From Candidatus Electrothrix rattekaaiensis (GTDB taxonomy: Bacteria > Desulfobacterota > Desulfobulbia > Desulfobulbales > Desulfobulbaceae): a stretch of DNA of 24,000 nt. Both the position numbers and the translations under genes were made by a program. The notes beneath the pieces were generated by a model that was not told where the DNA came from, searched no databases, and saw only the letters and a list, made by a program, of their open reading frames with translations. Below, piece by piece: positions 1 through 9,867 of this stretch (position 1 is the first letter of the stretch; every line of letters starts with the position of its first letter). Location: the NCBI GenBank assembly GCA_032595675.1, contig JAVQMD010000001.1:938640-962639 (forward strand), given 5' to 3'.

Positions 1-2112
1 TTGGAACAGAGTATGGCTCAAGCAGCCAAGGTGTTGGAACAACTTCCAGCTGAAATTCGGGATAAGCTGAGCAGGTATCAAAGTGAGATAACTACCTACG
101 CCATGGGAGGTAATGGCCTTTTTGCCCTTCGTTCCAAAGGGATGAGGGTACAGCGTCGCATTCATGACGGTCTCTTAAAAGAGCAAAAGGCTGCAGCTGA
201 TCTTTTTGCATCATCGCATCAGCTCCATGCAGATGCAAAAAAAATAACTTTAGGCGACGAGCAGAAAACAGCATCGGAACTGCATTTGTTCTTTTTTTAT
301 CTTTTATTCTTGGCAGGTATGGTACTTGTCTCTGTGGTGGCTATTTATATCTTTGTACGTTGTTCTGTTATCTCTCGCATACTTACAATGCAGCAGGAAC
401 TTATTGAATACGATGTCGATGGAACAGGGGGAAAATTTTCTATCCAAGAAGTAGGAGATGATGAGTTGACCTCGCTGGCTGCTGGGATTAACTATTTTTT
501 GGAGCAGATCCGGAAACGTAAGCAACAGTTGCAGCGTGCTGCCAGAGAGGCAGAGGCGGCCAATAACGCGAAAAGTGCTTTTGTTGCTGCGATAAGCCAT
601 GAAATTCGTACACCGATGAACGCCATCATTAATTTGACTCGGCTCTGTTTGGAAGCCGAGCTTGATACTGCACTGGACAGCAGGCGAGAAAATTGGCTGG
701 AAATAGTTCGTCGATCATCCGAGTCTTTACTGGATCTGACCAACGATCTTCTTGATTCGGCCAAGGTTGAGGCCGGTAAAATGGAGCTGAACCAAGCAGT
801 CTTCAGCCTTGCCGATCTTTTGGATAAGCTTGAGCCATATAAGATCACCGCCCAGATGAAAGGCCTTGATTTTAAGATGAGCATGGAACCTGAGATGCCG
901 GAATGCTGGTACGGTGATCAACAGCGGATCGGCCAGATTTTGATTAATTTGGTGAGCAATGCTATCAAATTTACCGAGAGTGGCCGGGTAAAGGTGAGCG
1001 TTGAGCAGTATCGGGATAATGAGGAGTGGCTTTTGTTTAGAGTTTCTGATACGGGTATTGGAATTCGTGAAGATAAATTGGAAAGTATTTTTCATCCCTT
1101 TCAGCAGGCGGAGCAATCTGTTGTGCGGTGCGGGGGCACTGGTTTGGGGCTCAGTATTGCTCGGCAGCTGGCGGAGTTAATGGGAGGACGTATCCAGGCG
1201 GAGTGTAAGTTGCATACGGGTAGTATTTTTCAGGTTGTTCTTCCGTTAAAATCCTCGGATAAGGAAAAGAACGATAAGGTTGTGTGTGTACCTGAATATG
1301 GGAAGATTGTACCTGGGAATTTTGCCGGGGGAAGGGTTCTCTTGGTGGATGATAACCCCTTTAACCGCTTAGTGGCGGAGGAGTTGATGAAGCTCGCCGG
1401 GCTGACAGTTGAAAGTGCTGAGGATGGGGTCGAGGCTGTAGAGATGGCTCGGGTCAAGAAATATGACCTTGTATTAATGGATTTGAATATGCCGCGTATG
1501 GACGGGGTTGAAGCAGGTATGGCCATACATGATCTTCCAGATTGTGCAGATTTGCCGATTATTGCCCTGACAGCGGATGCCGGTGGATCAATTCGGCAAA
1601 GATGTCTTTGCAATGGAATGAATGATATTGTCAGTAAGCCCATTGATGCCCATAATTTTTTTACAATTATTGAGCCTTGGCTGCCCGTAAAACAGGTTAA
1701 GGAGGATGAAACAGGAGGTATTGGGAGTCTTCTTGCTCCCTTCACGGCTTCGTTAGAAGATGAGCCAGTTGTACAGGTTGAATCGGAAAATCGAGTGGCA
1801 GATTTGTTGAATAACCCTTTTATCCTCAAGGCTTTTGTAGATAATCATGGAGAGACTGTTCAGCGAATTTGTCAAGCCCTTGCTGATGGCGACTGCGAGG
1901 AAGCACATCGTCAGGCCCATAATCTGAAATCAGCAGCTGGTGCTATTGAGGCACCTCAGCTGAACAGACTTTCGGAAGAGCTAGAGCATCGCCTCAGCAA
2001 TACCGAGGCAGTGAATAAGGATTCGGAAGCTGATCTTGTTGCGCAGATGGAAACGGAACTCCGAGAAATTCTCGAACGTATTAGCAAAGATCAGGCCTGT
2101 TCTACGGAATAA
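1..2112 (+). CDS. Hybrid sensor histidine kinase / response regulator with C-terminal Hpt domain (true 5' end may lie upstream of the window)
   Basis: The frame is open from base 1 to TAA 2110-2112. By-eye motifs: TM helix [28 protein letters not shown]-like linker, H-box SHEIRTPMN, HATPase_c boxes ([24 protein letters not shown]), receiver domain (LLVDDNPFN ... [11 protein letters not shown] ... SKP), Hpt motif [14 protein letters not shown]. Confidence 0.9.
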   Translation: MEQSMAQAAKVLEQLPAEIRDKLSRYQSEITTYAMGGNGLFALRSKGMRVQRRIHDGLLKEQKAAADLFASSHQLHADAKKITLGDEQKTASELHLFFFYLLFLAGMVLVSVVAIYIFVRCSVISRILTMQQELIEYDVDGTGGKFSIQEVGDDELTSLAAGINYFLEQIRKRKQQLQRAAREAEAANNAKSAFVAAISHEIRTPMNAIINLTRLCLEAELDTALDSRRENWLEIVRRSSESLLDLTNDLLDSAKVEAGKMELNQAVFSLADLLDKLEPYKITAQMKGLDFKMSMEPEMPECWYGDQQRIGQILINLVSNAIKFTESGRVKVSVEQYRDNEEWLLFRVSDTGIGIREDKLESIFHPFQQAEQSVVRCGGTGLGLSIARQLAELMGGRIQAECKLHTGSIFQVVLPLKSSDKEKNDKVVCVPEYGKIVPGNFAGGRVLLVDDNPFNRLVAEELMKLAGLTVESAEDGVEAVEMARVKKYDLVLMDLNMPRMDGVEAGMAIHDLPDCADLPIIALTADAGGSIRQRCLCNGMNDIVSKPIDAHNFFTIIEPWLPVKQVKEDETGGIGSLLAPFTASLEDEPVVQVESENRVADLLNNPFILKAFVDNHGETVQRICQALADGDCEEAHRQAHNLKSAAGAIEAPQLNRLSEELEHRLSNTEAVNKDSEADLVAQMETELREILERISKDQACSTE

Positions 2113-2292
2113 AATATTTTTAAAAGACTGTAATTAGCTTGTTTTACAGAGTAGGAAGTGGAGGTCGGAAACTTAGGTTATGGCGGTACTGAGTATACCA
2201 GTTTTTCATTTTCTTTACCCGAGAGGGAGAAGAAAAAATTTATCTATCATGATAATTATTCACAGAAATTTTCTTGTGACATTTTCGTGATA

Positions 2293-2321
2293 TTGACATG
2301 TTACTTCAATATTGTTATATA
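2293..2321 (+). promoter_or_regulatory. Candidate sigma70 promoter for the formate dehydrogenase gene
   Basis: TTGACA (2293-2298), a 17-nt spacer, then TATATA (2316-2321), about 60 nt upstream of ATG 2380. An imperfect palindrome TCACA-N10-TGTGA (2260-2279) sits just upstream. Sequence pattern only. Confidence 0.35.
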
Positions 2322-2379
2322 ACTGCCAACCACATATTATTATTTCCATAAAACAGTTATCACTGAGGACATCAATTGT

Positions 2380-5300
2380 ATGAAAAAAATCAGCCTGTCC
2401 GTTGATGCCGTTCAGATTTCCGTCGAACAGGGCGCAACCATACTGGAAGCAGCCCGCCAAGCCGGAATCACTATTCCGACTCTTTGTCATCTCCCGAAAA
2501 AAACATCTCAAGAGTCTCATTGCGAGGTCTGTGTCGTTGCCTGCGAGGGACGGGAAGGATTCATAAAGTCTTGCTCAACCCCGGTCGAAGAGGGGATGCT
2601 CATTATCACAGAGAATGATGCCATCAAAGCGCATCGCCAGGAACGAATCGCCGCTTTGGCCTCTCTCCATTTTGGGGACTGCAAGGCCCCGTGCAGTATG
2701 ACCTGTCCGGGACAGATCAATGTGCAGGGCTATATCGCCCATGTGGCCAAGGGCCAGTATGCAGAAGCCGTGCGCCTAGTCATGGAGAAAAACCCGCTGC
2801 CTTTTTCCGTGGGTCGTCTTTGCCGGCGTTTCTGCGAGAGTCGTTGCCGTCGGGTTCTGCTGGATGCTCCCATTGCCATTAATCACTTGAAACGCTTTGT
2901 CGCTGATTGGTGCATGAACAATCAGGTCGATCTGAATATTCAGAAGCAACCGGCTACAGGGAAGAAAATTGCCGTTGTCGGCGGCGGGCCTTCCGGTTTG
3001 GCCGGAGCCTATTATTTGGCAAAAAACGGGCATGACGTGACCATCTATGAGACAGAGAAAGAATTGGGCGGATTGCTTCGCTACGCTGTCCCCGAGTTTA
3101 AAGTTCCTAACAAGGTGCTGGATTACGAAATCGCGACCATTCTCAAGCTGGGTATTGAGGTGAAGTGCAATCATCGCCTTGGTCAGGAGGTGAGCATGGA
3201 CGAGCTGAATAAGCAGTTTGACGCGGTCCTGTTGACTGTCGGGGCCGGGGTTGATCAGCCCTTGGAGCTGTCTGGCAGCGACCTGCCCGGTGTTCGACCT
3301 GCTTTAGATTTTCTCCGAAAATATAATGCAGGTGGGGAAGTAAAGCAGGGCCAGAGCGCAGCCGTGATCGGTGGCAATAATCTTGCTATGGAAGCGGCCC
3401 GTGCTTTGCTTCGTCAGGGCTATGAAGTAAGCATTATCAATCCCAAAAAGGATACTTCTGGACTCGGTGCTAACCCGGTAGCGATCAAAGAAGCGGAAAA
3501 GGAAGGGGCACGTTTTCTCTTTCAGGTTGACCCTTGTGAGATCAGGCAGCAGGGTTCTGGGCTGGAATTGGTTATGAATCAGCTGGAGTTAAGTGAACCA
3601 GACAAGAAAGGAAAGCAAAAGCTGCAATCTGTTCCTGACGCCTTTGATGCCCTGCTGGTAGATACGGTCGTGTATGCTCAGGGCCAGATGGTTTGTCAGA
3701 GCAATGAGAATCCAGCGGCTGATGTGGCCCTGAGCTCGAAAAATCTGATCAAGGCCAATGTCAAGACCGCTATGACCAGCATGGATAAGGTCTATGCAGC
3801 TGGCGAGGCAGCTGGCGGCTCCCGTCCCCTGATCCAGGTGGTGAGTTCCGGGCGTAAGGCAGCAGAAAGCATTCATAGTGCTGTGATGGGTCTTGCACCG
3901 GCCCCGGCAGAAAATCGGTTTAATTTTTCACGGGGGAAATCTGCTGATGACCCCAAAATGCTGGAGCGGTTTACCAAGCAGGAACGTACGCCTATGCCTG
4001 CTCGTACACCTGAAACAGCTGTGCTCGATAATGAAGAGGTTAAGCTGGGCTTTGATGAGGCTGCTGCCAAGCAGGAGGCTGATCGTTGCCTGGAATGCGG
4101 TTGCATGGCCTATGATGACTGCGATTTCAAGCAGCTCTGTATTGATAATGATATCAATCTGAATAAAACCGGTATGGGCACAGCACCGGCCTACAGCCTG
4201 GATCAATCTCATCCCATGCTGGATGTGGATTTGAATAAATGTGTCTACTGTCAACGTTGCACCAACGCCTGTGAGTATAATGCACTGGATCTGAGCGCGT
4301 CTTTAGATGAGCAAGGTCGGGCTACAGATATTTCCCTGAGCTTTAACGAAAACTGCGTGAACTGCGGCAACTGCGCTGATCATTGTTCCACCGGAACCAT
4401 TACGAAAAAGGATGTGCTCTCGCCGATTCTTAACGAGGAAACACGCAAGGTGCGCACCACCTGTCCCTATTGCGGGGCCGGTTGTCAGATGCAGCTCAAG
4501 GTCAAGGGCGACACCATTATGGAGGCCACCTCGGAAGCGCATTTGGCCCCCAACTACGGGGCACTTTGCGTCAAGGGGCGGTTCGCCTTCAACTTTGCCC
4601 AGGATAAGGAACGTCTGACCACGCCGTTAGTACGACGGAACGGTAAGCTGGTAGAGGCCACTTGGGATGAAGCCTACGACGTTATTGCCGAGCGGCTGAC
4701 CAAGGTCAAAAAGGAGCACGGGTCGGATTCCATTGCTGGCTTCTCCTGTGCCAGAGCAACCAACGAGGAAAATTTCCTCATGCAGAAGTTTATGCGCACG
4801 GTGATCGGGACGAATAATATCGATCATTGTGCCCGGCTCTGACACGCTCCCACGGTGGCCAGTCTGGCCATCACATTTGGTTCCGGCGCAATGACCAACT
4901 CAATCGCCGATGTTGTTAATAACAAAACAGATCTCTTCTTCATGATCGGGTCCAATCCTGACACCAGTCACCCTACCATCGGCCTGCGCATCCATCAGGC
5001 CTTGGATAAAGGGGATGCGAAATTGGTGGTGGTTGATCCGCGCAGGACCAAGCTGGCAGAACGGGCCGATCTCTGGTTGCGTATCCAGCCGGGAACGGAC
5101 GTGGCCTTCCTCAACGGCTTAATGCATATTATCCTGAAAGAGGATCTCTGGGATAAGGACTTTGTCGCGGAACGCACCGAGGATTTCGAGGAACTGAAAG
5201 AGCTGGTGGAAAATTATCCTCCAGAGCGCGTTGCCGAAATCACCGGACTGACTGTTGCCGAACTGGAACAGGCGGCCCGTATGTATGCGGCTCCCGGTCG

Positions 5301-6480
5301 CAATGCTGTCTACCACGGCATGGGTATCACCCATTACCACACAGGCACAGATCGGGTCAAGTCCATCGCCAATATGGCCATGCTCTGCGGCAAGGTCGGG
5401 GTTGAAGGCGGGGGCTGTAACCCTCTGCGTGGTCAGAACAATGTGCAGGGAGCCTGCGACATGGGTGCCCTGTTCAACACCATGCCCGGTTACGGCGCAC
5501 TGGACAATGATGAGCTGTTCGACAGATATGAAAAACGCTGGGGCGTGAAGCTGCCCCGCCAGCCGGGCAAACCCGCAACTGAAATTTGGGATAATATCCT
5601 GAATGATGAGATCCGCGCTCTGTACGTGTTCGGGGAAGATCCGGCCATTGCTGATGCCAATATTGGCCATGTTCATAGGGCTCTTGATCATCTGGAGTTC
5701 CTGATTGTCCAGGATCTCTTTCTGACCGATACGGCCAAGGAGGCGGATGTGGTCCTGCCTGCGGCCTCTTTTGCGGAAAAGGACGGCACCTTTAGCTCCA
5801 CTGAGCGACGGGTGCAGCGGGTGCGTAAGGCGGTCGAGCCTCCGGGGCAGGCTAAGCCGGATTGGTTGATCTTTACCGAGCTTTCTGAGCGCATGGGCTA
5901 TGCAATGGGCTATGAAAAGCCGGAAGATATCTTTGAAGAGGTCTGTGAGCTGCTGCCCCAGTATCGCGGCATGTCCTATGCCCGACTGGAAGAGGTCGGC
6001 CTGCAATGGCCAGTGCCGGATGCGGATCATCCGGGTACTGCGGTGCTGCATACCGAATCCTTTACGCGCGGCAAGGGGCTGTTTGTGCCGGAAGAGTATA
6101 TGCCGCCCAAGGAGCCGGTGGATGACGAGTATCCCATGCTCTTTACCACAGGCCGCCATTATGCCCGCTATAACTTCAGTAGTATGACCGGCAAAACCCG
6201 TGAGATTGATGATATCGCACCCGAGGCTTTGGCTGAGGTCAATCCTGTTGATGCCGAGCGCATGGGAATTACATCGGGCGATATGTTGCGGCTGACTTCC
6301 CGTCGGGGAACGGTGGATATCAAGGCGGAGATCACCGAGCGCAGCCAGCCCGGTACCATCTTCACCACCTATAACTATGCGGAGACCCCGGTCAACCTGC
6401 TGACCTTGGATGCGCTGGATCGGCTTTCGCGGACGCCTGAGTATAAACTTTGTGCTATTCGGGTTGAGGTTTTGGGGTGA
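2380..6480 (+). CDS. fdhA: Selenocysteine-containing formate dehydrogenase catalytic subunit fused to an N-terminal 2Fe-2S ferredoxin-like + GltD-like (NAD(P)H/FAD, 4Fe-4S) module; 1366 codons including Sec
   Basis: Track ORFs 2380-4842 and 4855-6480 share one frame. Only TGA 4840-4842 separates them, inside the FDH active-site context IDHCARL-U-HAPTVA. Motifs seen:
- GltD-type region CPGQINVQGYI..NPLPFSVGRLCRRFCESRC
- two dinucleotide folds (VVGGGPSGLAGAYYLA; VIGGNNLAMEAARAL)
- 4Fe-4S motifs CVYCQRCTNAC and CVNCGNCADHC
- MopB N-terminal cluster TTCPYCGAGC
- molybdopterin oxidoreductase body and C-terminal MGD-binding domain (TTGRHYARYN ... CAIRVEV)
There is no signal or Tat peptide. GAGGA lies ~11 nt upstream of the ATG. 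Confidence 0.9.
4840..4872 (+). other. In-frame UGA selenocysteine codon plus SECIS-like hairpin
   Basis: TGA is at 4840-4842. The hairpin GGTGGCCA-GTC-TGGCCATC (4854-4872; 8 bp including one G-U) starts 11 nt after the UGA. Its apical loop contains G-U, the layout expected for a bacterial SECIS. Confidence 0.7.
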
Positions 6481-6529
6481 TTTGCGTGTGAAAATTGAGT
6501 GACTTCGGTTGCTCTGTGGAGTGAGAAAG

Positions 6530-6558
6530 GGGCGGGCCTTTGGGTTTGCCCTTTTTTT
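6530..6558 (+). terminator. Rho-independent terminator candidate after fdhA
   Basis: GGGCGGGCC (6530-6538) pairs with GGGTTTGCCC (6542-6551, three G-U pairs), loop TTTG. A T7 run follows at 6552-6558, 50 nt after the stop codon. Confidence 0.55.
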
Positions 6559-6821
6559 GTTTGGTTGGCGCATGCTTCGAACATGCACTCCGGCCTGTAC
6601 CCCCATCGCTGCGCGGTTAAATTTTGCCCTGTGATACCGAGATGAGCATATCTCATTTTTTCAACAGCAATTTTCTGTTTACTTTTTAATTCGAAATGGT
6701 TAAAGAATACTGCCAATAGCATATTGATTCGATTCATAGAGATTAACTTTTCGTTGCCAGTATATGTGATTTTTTTTGTTTGTTGATACTGTTATTCAAT
6801 AAAACAATAGGGGGGGAAGTA

Positions 6822-7709
6822 ATGTGGTTAACATCAATAATGATTATAATTTCTGCGTTTATTGCTTTAAACGGTTTGCTGTACCAACCCAAAAAAGATC
6901 CGAATGATTCTGTTAACTGGTCTAATATTAATTTTTTTGGAAGGGTCTTATTTTGTCTTTTGGTTTTATTGGCTTTGCTTAATATCATAAAAATTTATGG
7001 TGACGAAAAAACACATCAGGATGATCTATTATCTCACAATAAACAAAAAGAAAAGCTTCTAAAATCTCAAGAAGATTTACGGAATAACAATAAAAAGTTA
7101 ATTGCAAATCAAATTGAATTAAAGGGGCAAAACAAGAGATTGAGTGAATCTCAAAATGAACTTAAGGATGAAAATAAACATCTAATCAAAGTGATGTCAG
7201 TTGCTAATGGGTACAATGCTGTTATCAGCGGGGTGGTTTCTTTTGAAAAAGAAAAAAGTGATTCAGATCTAAGGGATGCATTAAGGAATTTGTTACTTAA
7301 ATATGTAGAAATTAATATTAGTGCCTCCAATAAATTTGGAGATTATAAAGGAAAAGTAAATTATGGCACACAACCTGTGGTTAGAAGATTCTTATCAATT
7401 GCAGGTTTGAAGCTAAATGAGCTCTTGCGGACAGATAGGAGAACTACTACGAAAATTCTTGAATATCATAATTGTTTAGGATCAAGCTATTATTTCGAGC
7501 TAAGAGTGAGTAATTTAAAGATTCTTAACAGTGACAAAATTCAATATGCTGAATTTGGTCCTCAAAATTCAATTAAAGCAAGTGCCTATATATTTGACTC
7601 GCATAAAGATTTTCAGCGAATATATAACGTAAATTGTATTGTTATTGGCGAAATTGAAATAGAAGAAATAGGCACCCTCCCGATCAACGAGCAAATGTTT
7701 TTCTTTTAA
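6822..7709 (+). CDS. Hypothetical membrane-anchored coiled-coil protein (AT-rich orphan)
   Basis: ATG 6822 is preceded by GGGGGGAAG. The track start at 6780 is a TTG with no RBS. Features: two N-terminal hydrophobic helices (MWLTSIMIIISAFIALNGLL; VLFCLLVLLALLNIIKI), a K/E/N/Q-rich heptad-like stretch (KEKLLKSQEDLRNNNKKLIANQIELKGQNKRLSESQNELKDENKHLIK), then a ~170-aa C-terminal region with no motif I recognise. Stop TAA 7707-7709. Confidence 0.6.
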   Translation: MWLTSIMIIISAFIALNGLLYQPKKDPNDSVNWSNINFFGRVLFCLLVLLALLNIIKIYGDEKTHQDDLLSHNKQKEKLLKSQEDLRNNNKKLIANQIELKGQNKRLSESQNELKDENKHLIKVMSVANGYNAVISGVVSFEKEKSDSDLRDALRNLLLKYVEINISASNKFGDYKGKVNYGTQPVVRRFLSIAGLKLNELLRTDRRTTTKILEYHNCLGSSYYFELRVSNLKILNSDKIQYAEFGPQNSIKASAYIFDSHKDFQRIYNVNCIVIGEIEIEEIGTLPINEQMFFF

Positions 7710-7721
7710 GATCAATGAAAG

Positions 7722-7810
7722 ATCAATGGGGTCAGAGTCGATTGATCCCAGAATTGGAATTGCTGCAAAAATAGCATCCAGCTCCTTTGTTTCCCGTCTT
7801 CACGCAACAG
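7722..7810. repeat. Dispersed repeat, copy A (cassette-border element; overlaps the HigA-type remnant's 3' end)
   Basis: ATCAATGGGGTCAGAGTCGATTGATCC (7722-7748) matches ATCAATAGGGCCAGACTCGATTGATCC (10449-10475). The ..CTTCACGCA.. block near 7797-7806 matches the TTCAC(A/G)CA block in copies B and C. Confidence 0.6.
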
Positions 7811-7952
7811 CCAGTCGGCACCCCAATGCCTTGATACCCCTGCTGACTGTGAAAAATCCCGGATTACCCTCTCCGGCAGGAGCCTTGTACAGGCTCTCAC
7901 GATTCAGCCCGACCACTTCGGCCATCATTGCCTGCTGTGGGCTTCCAAGCTG
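7800..7952 (-). pseudogene. 3' remnant of a HigA-family HTH antitoxin gene (no 5' part, no partner toxin)
   Basis: The minus-strand translation reads QLGSPQQAMMAEVVGLNRESLYKAPAGEGNPGFFTVSRGIKALGCRLAVA*. This resembles the C-terminal half of 'addiction module antidote' HigA-type proteins (..G.sRe.LYkaLs.eGNP.f.T...v.kALG.rL). It abuts the vapC stop in a different frame, so it cannot be complete. Confidence 0.5.
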
Positions 7953-7954
7953 AC

Positions 7955-8377
7955 TCAAAGCATCTTCCACGGATTCAGTATTGCCTGATGACTCGGGGAA
8001 AAATCTCCTTCATTTCGTGTCACGACAGTCATCTGGTATACTGATGCCGTGGCGGCAATGTACCCGTCAATAATCGACATCCTCTGTCCTGAATCCTCCG
8101 CCCGCGCCTGCATAATCCCCCATGCTTCGGCAACAGCACGATCAACAGGGAGAATCCTGTCACTATAGTCCGCCAGCAGCGTCTCAAGCCACATCATCAG
8201 GTGGCTTTTCTTTTTTGACTCGGGCAGCCGCGTAATACCTCGTTTCAACTCTCCTATTGTGAGGGAACTCAGAAACAGGCGGTCCGCAGGAGTCTGGGCA
8301 AGCCAGTCAGTCACAGCAGTATTTGGTCGAGGTTTGACCAGCTCGGAAATCACGCATGTGTCCAGCAGATAATTCAT
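7955..8377 (-). CDS. vapC: Type II toxin VapC (PIN-domain ribonuclease)
   Basis: 140 aa. N-terminal MNYLLDTCVISE (PIN Asp), then ..IDGYIAATA..TVVTRNEGDF. It overlaps the upstream antitoxin gene by 4 nt (ATGA). Confidence 0.9.
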   Translation of the reverse strand: MNYLLDTCVISELVKPRPNTAVTDWLAQTPADRLFLSSLTIGELKRGITRLPESKKKSHLMMWLETLLADYSDRILPVDRAVAEAWGIMQARAEDSGQRMSIIDGYIAATASVYQMTVVTRNEGDFSPSHQAILNPWKML

Positions 8378-8634
8378 AGGTCGAGTTCCCTCGGATATTC
8401 ATGCTGCCTCTCAAACAGATCGGCATTATTGCCGATTTTTGGAGCACTCAACAGGAAGTCGGTAAACGAGGGCTTCTGCGAGGTCAATTTCTCATAATCA
8501 CGGACCGACAGTACAACGACGGTATCAACACCTCTCCGCTTAACATATTGCGGCCCGTGCGTGAGTGCTTCGTTGACCACTCGACTGAATTTGTTTTTGG
8601 CATCCTGAAGTGCCCAAGTTGTTCTTCTTATCAT
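8374..8634 (-). CDS. Type II antitoxin, Phd/YefM family
   Basis: 86 aa. TWALQDAKNKFSRVVNEALTHGPQYVKRRGVDTVVVLSVRDYEKL is the typical Phd/YefM N-terminal fold signature. AAGGAGAA RBS upstream; translationally coupled to vapC. Confidence 0.85.
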   Translation of the reverse strand: MIRRTTWALQDAKNKFSRVVNEALTHGPQYVKRRGVDTVVVLSVRDYEKLTSQKPSFTDFLLSAPKIGNNADLFERQHEYPRELDL

Positions 8635-8676
8635 ATATTGTTCTCCTTGCAGTTATTTCTTTTTAGCACCTTCCAC

Positions 8677-8712
8677 CTAGACAGTCTAGCTGTATTTTAG
8701 GATATTCGTCAA
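8677..8712 (-). promoter_or_regulatory. Candidate autoregulated promoter/operator of the phd-vapC operon
   Basis: On the minus strand: TTGACG (complement of 8707-8712), an 18-nt spacer, then TAGACT. The perfect palindrome CTAGAC-A-GTCTAG (8677-8689) overlaps the -10, ~45 nt upstream of the start at 8634. Confidence 0.4.
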
Positions 8713-8743
8713 GATTTTTCTTACTAATCCAATTTTTGTGAAT

Positions 8744-8870
8744 TTGGGACAGACCACGTTTTCGTTTTTTATCCAACCGGATACGCCACCATATTCCGGC
8801 AGGATTACTTTTCCTCCTGAATCTTCACACATTCTCAACCGAAACATGCTGTAAATGTTTAGTTAGTGTG
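8744..8870. repeat. Dispersed repeat, copy C (downstream of the second TA cassette)
   Basis: CGCCACCATATTCCGGCAGGA (8784-8804) matches CGCCCCATATTTCGGCAGGA (10490-10509). CTGAATCTTCACACATTC (8817-8834) matches CTGAATTTTCACGCATTC (10523-10540). A TAGTTAG block follows in both. The 5' block GGGACAGACCACGTTTT parallels GGG(T/C)CAGA(G/C)TCGATT of copies A and B. Confidence 0.6.
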
Positions 8871-8932
8871 AGGCAGCCATTTTGTTATGCGGAGCAACAG
8901 TAATCAGGGCATCTTTCAACGGAACAAGCCAT

Positions 8933-9322
8933 TCAATCCCAAGCAGCCAATTCGTACTCTCTCCTGATCACCTGATCCTTTGTCAACAGCACAGCCTGAT
9001 GAGTCGCCGCTGTGGCGGTAATGATCCTGTCAAACGGATCTTTTGTCCACGACATCCGCATTGCTTCCGTCATCACCCTGGCAAAAGATGAACGACATTT
9101 TTGCAGGCCTATACTCTCTGCAAGTGAATCAAATATCACGGTGGGTTCAACAGTGATTCTCTTGATTTCAAACAGATATTGAAGTTCAAGCAATACTAGC
9201 GGAGAAATCAGCAGTTCGTTTTCCTCTATGAGTTGACCGGCTTTTTCAGAGAGCAGGCTCGGATCACCACTGTACAGCCAGACCACAACATGGGTATCAA
9301 GGTAAATCATGTTTCCACTCAT
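8933..9322 (-). CDS. vapC: Type II toxin, PIN domain (VapC-like)
   Basis: 129 aa. MIYLDTHVVVW (PIN Asp) ... DPFDRIITATA..LLTKDQ. The start could be ATG 9322 or ATG 9310. Either way it overlaps the upstream antitoxin's 3' end. Confidence 0.85.
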   Translation of the reverse strand: MSGNMIYLDTHVVVWLYSGDPSLLSEKAGQLIEENELLISPLVLLELQYLFEIKRITVEPTVIFDSLAESIGLQKCRSSFARVMTEAMRMSWTKDPFDRIITATAATHQAVLLTKDQVIRREYELAAWD

Positions 9323-9527
9323 CCGACCAGTCTATATGGACTAAAGACTCCGGGGCCCCTTGTATACAGGCATGTTTTGTCAGTCGAGACAGCTTGGAAA
9401 CCGGTTTTTTCGGGGTGATTTGTAATCGCTGTCCCTTCCTTTCCACTTCCAGAGGTCTGCCTGATTGGAGTACCTTATCAAGAAGCTTGTAGATATTGCC
9501 CCGCAGGGCTGATGCGGTAATCGACAT
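9297..9527 (-). CDS. Type II antitoxin, Phd/YefM-like
   Basis: 76 aa. SALRGNIYKLLDKVLQSGRPLEVERKGQRLQI is a typical Phd/YefM N-terminus. The imperfect palindrome ACGACTGTA-GTA-TACAGTGTCGT (core CTGTAGTATACAG 9560-9572) lies ~35 nt upstream and is a possible operator. Confidence 0.8.
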   Translation of the reverse strand: MSITASALRGNIYKLLDKVLQSGRPLEVERKGQRLQITPKKPVSKLSRLTKHACIQGAPESLVHIDWSDEWKHDLP

Positions 9528-9867
9528 ATTTTATCTCCTGAGATTTTGTTTACGTACGACTGTAGTATACAGTGTCGTTCGTTCGTTTGCAAACAGCTTT
9601 CTCTACGCCAAGATTGAAAAAAGACAGTGGGCCTGTACAGGCTCTCTTGATTCAGCCCGGCCACCTCGGTTCCTTTTTTCTAGCACAGAGTTCGGATCTA
9701 AACCCGCTGGTCTTTAAACAGGTCCAATGGTGCATCCCCTGAAAATTTGCACATACCAGACTCAATTAGAATACAAGGCACAGGCGCTTGCATAATGATG
9801 AAAAATGCATTATTCTCAAAAGAGGTTTAAATAACAGGTTAAAAATACGTCTTTAGGGAGAAGTGCC

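Noticed and set aside
5119-6606. 495-aa minus-strand ORF inside fdhA
   Set aside because: This is a shadow ORF opposite a strongly supported FDH frame. The sequence is Arg/Gly/His/Ile-rich nonsense, and it runs through the fdhA terminator hairpin.
6375-6737. 120-aa minus-strand ORF between fdhA and the AT-rich gene
   Set aside because: It reads through the fdhA terminator hairpin and overlaps the fdhA 3' end. Only its first ~45 codons (..HLGITGQNLTAQRWG) look protein-like. At best it is another gene fragment.
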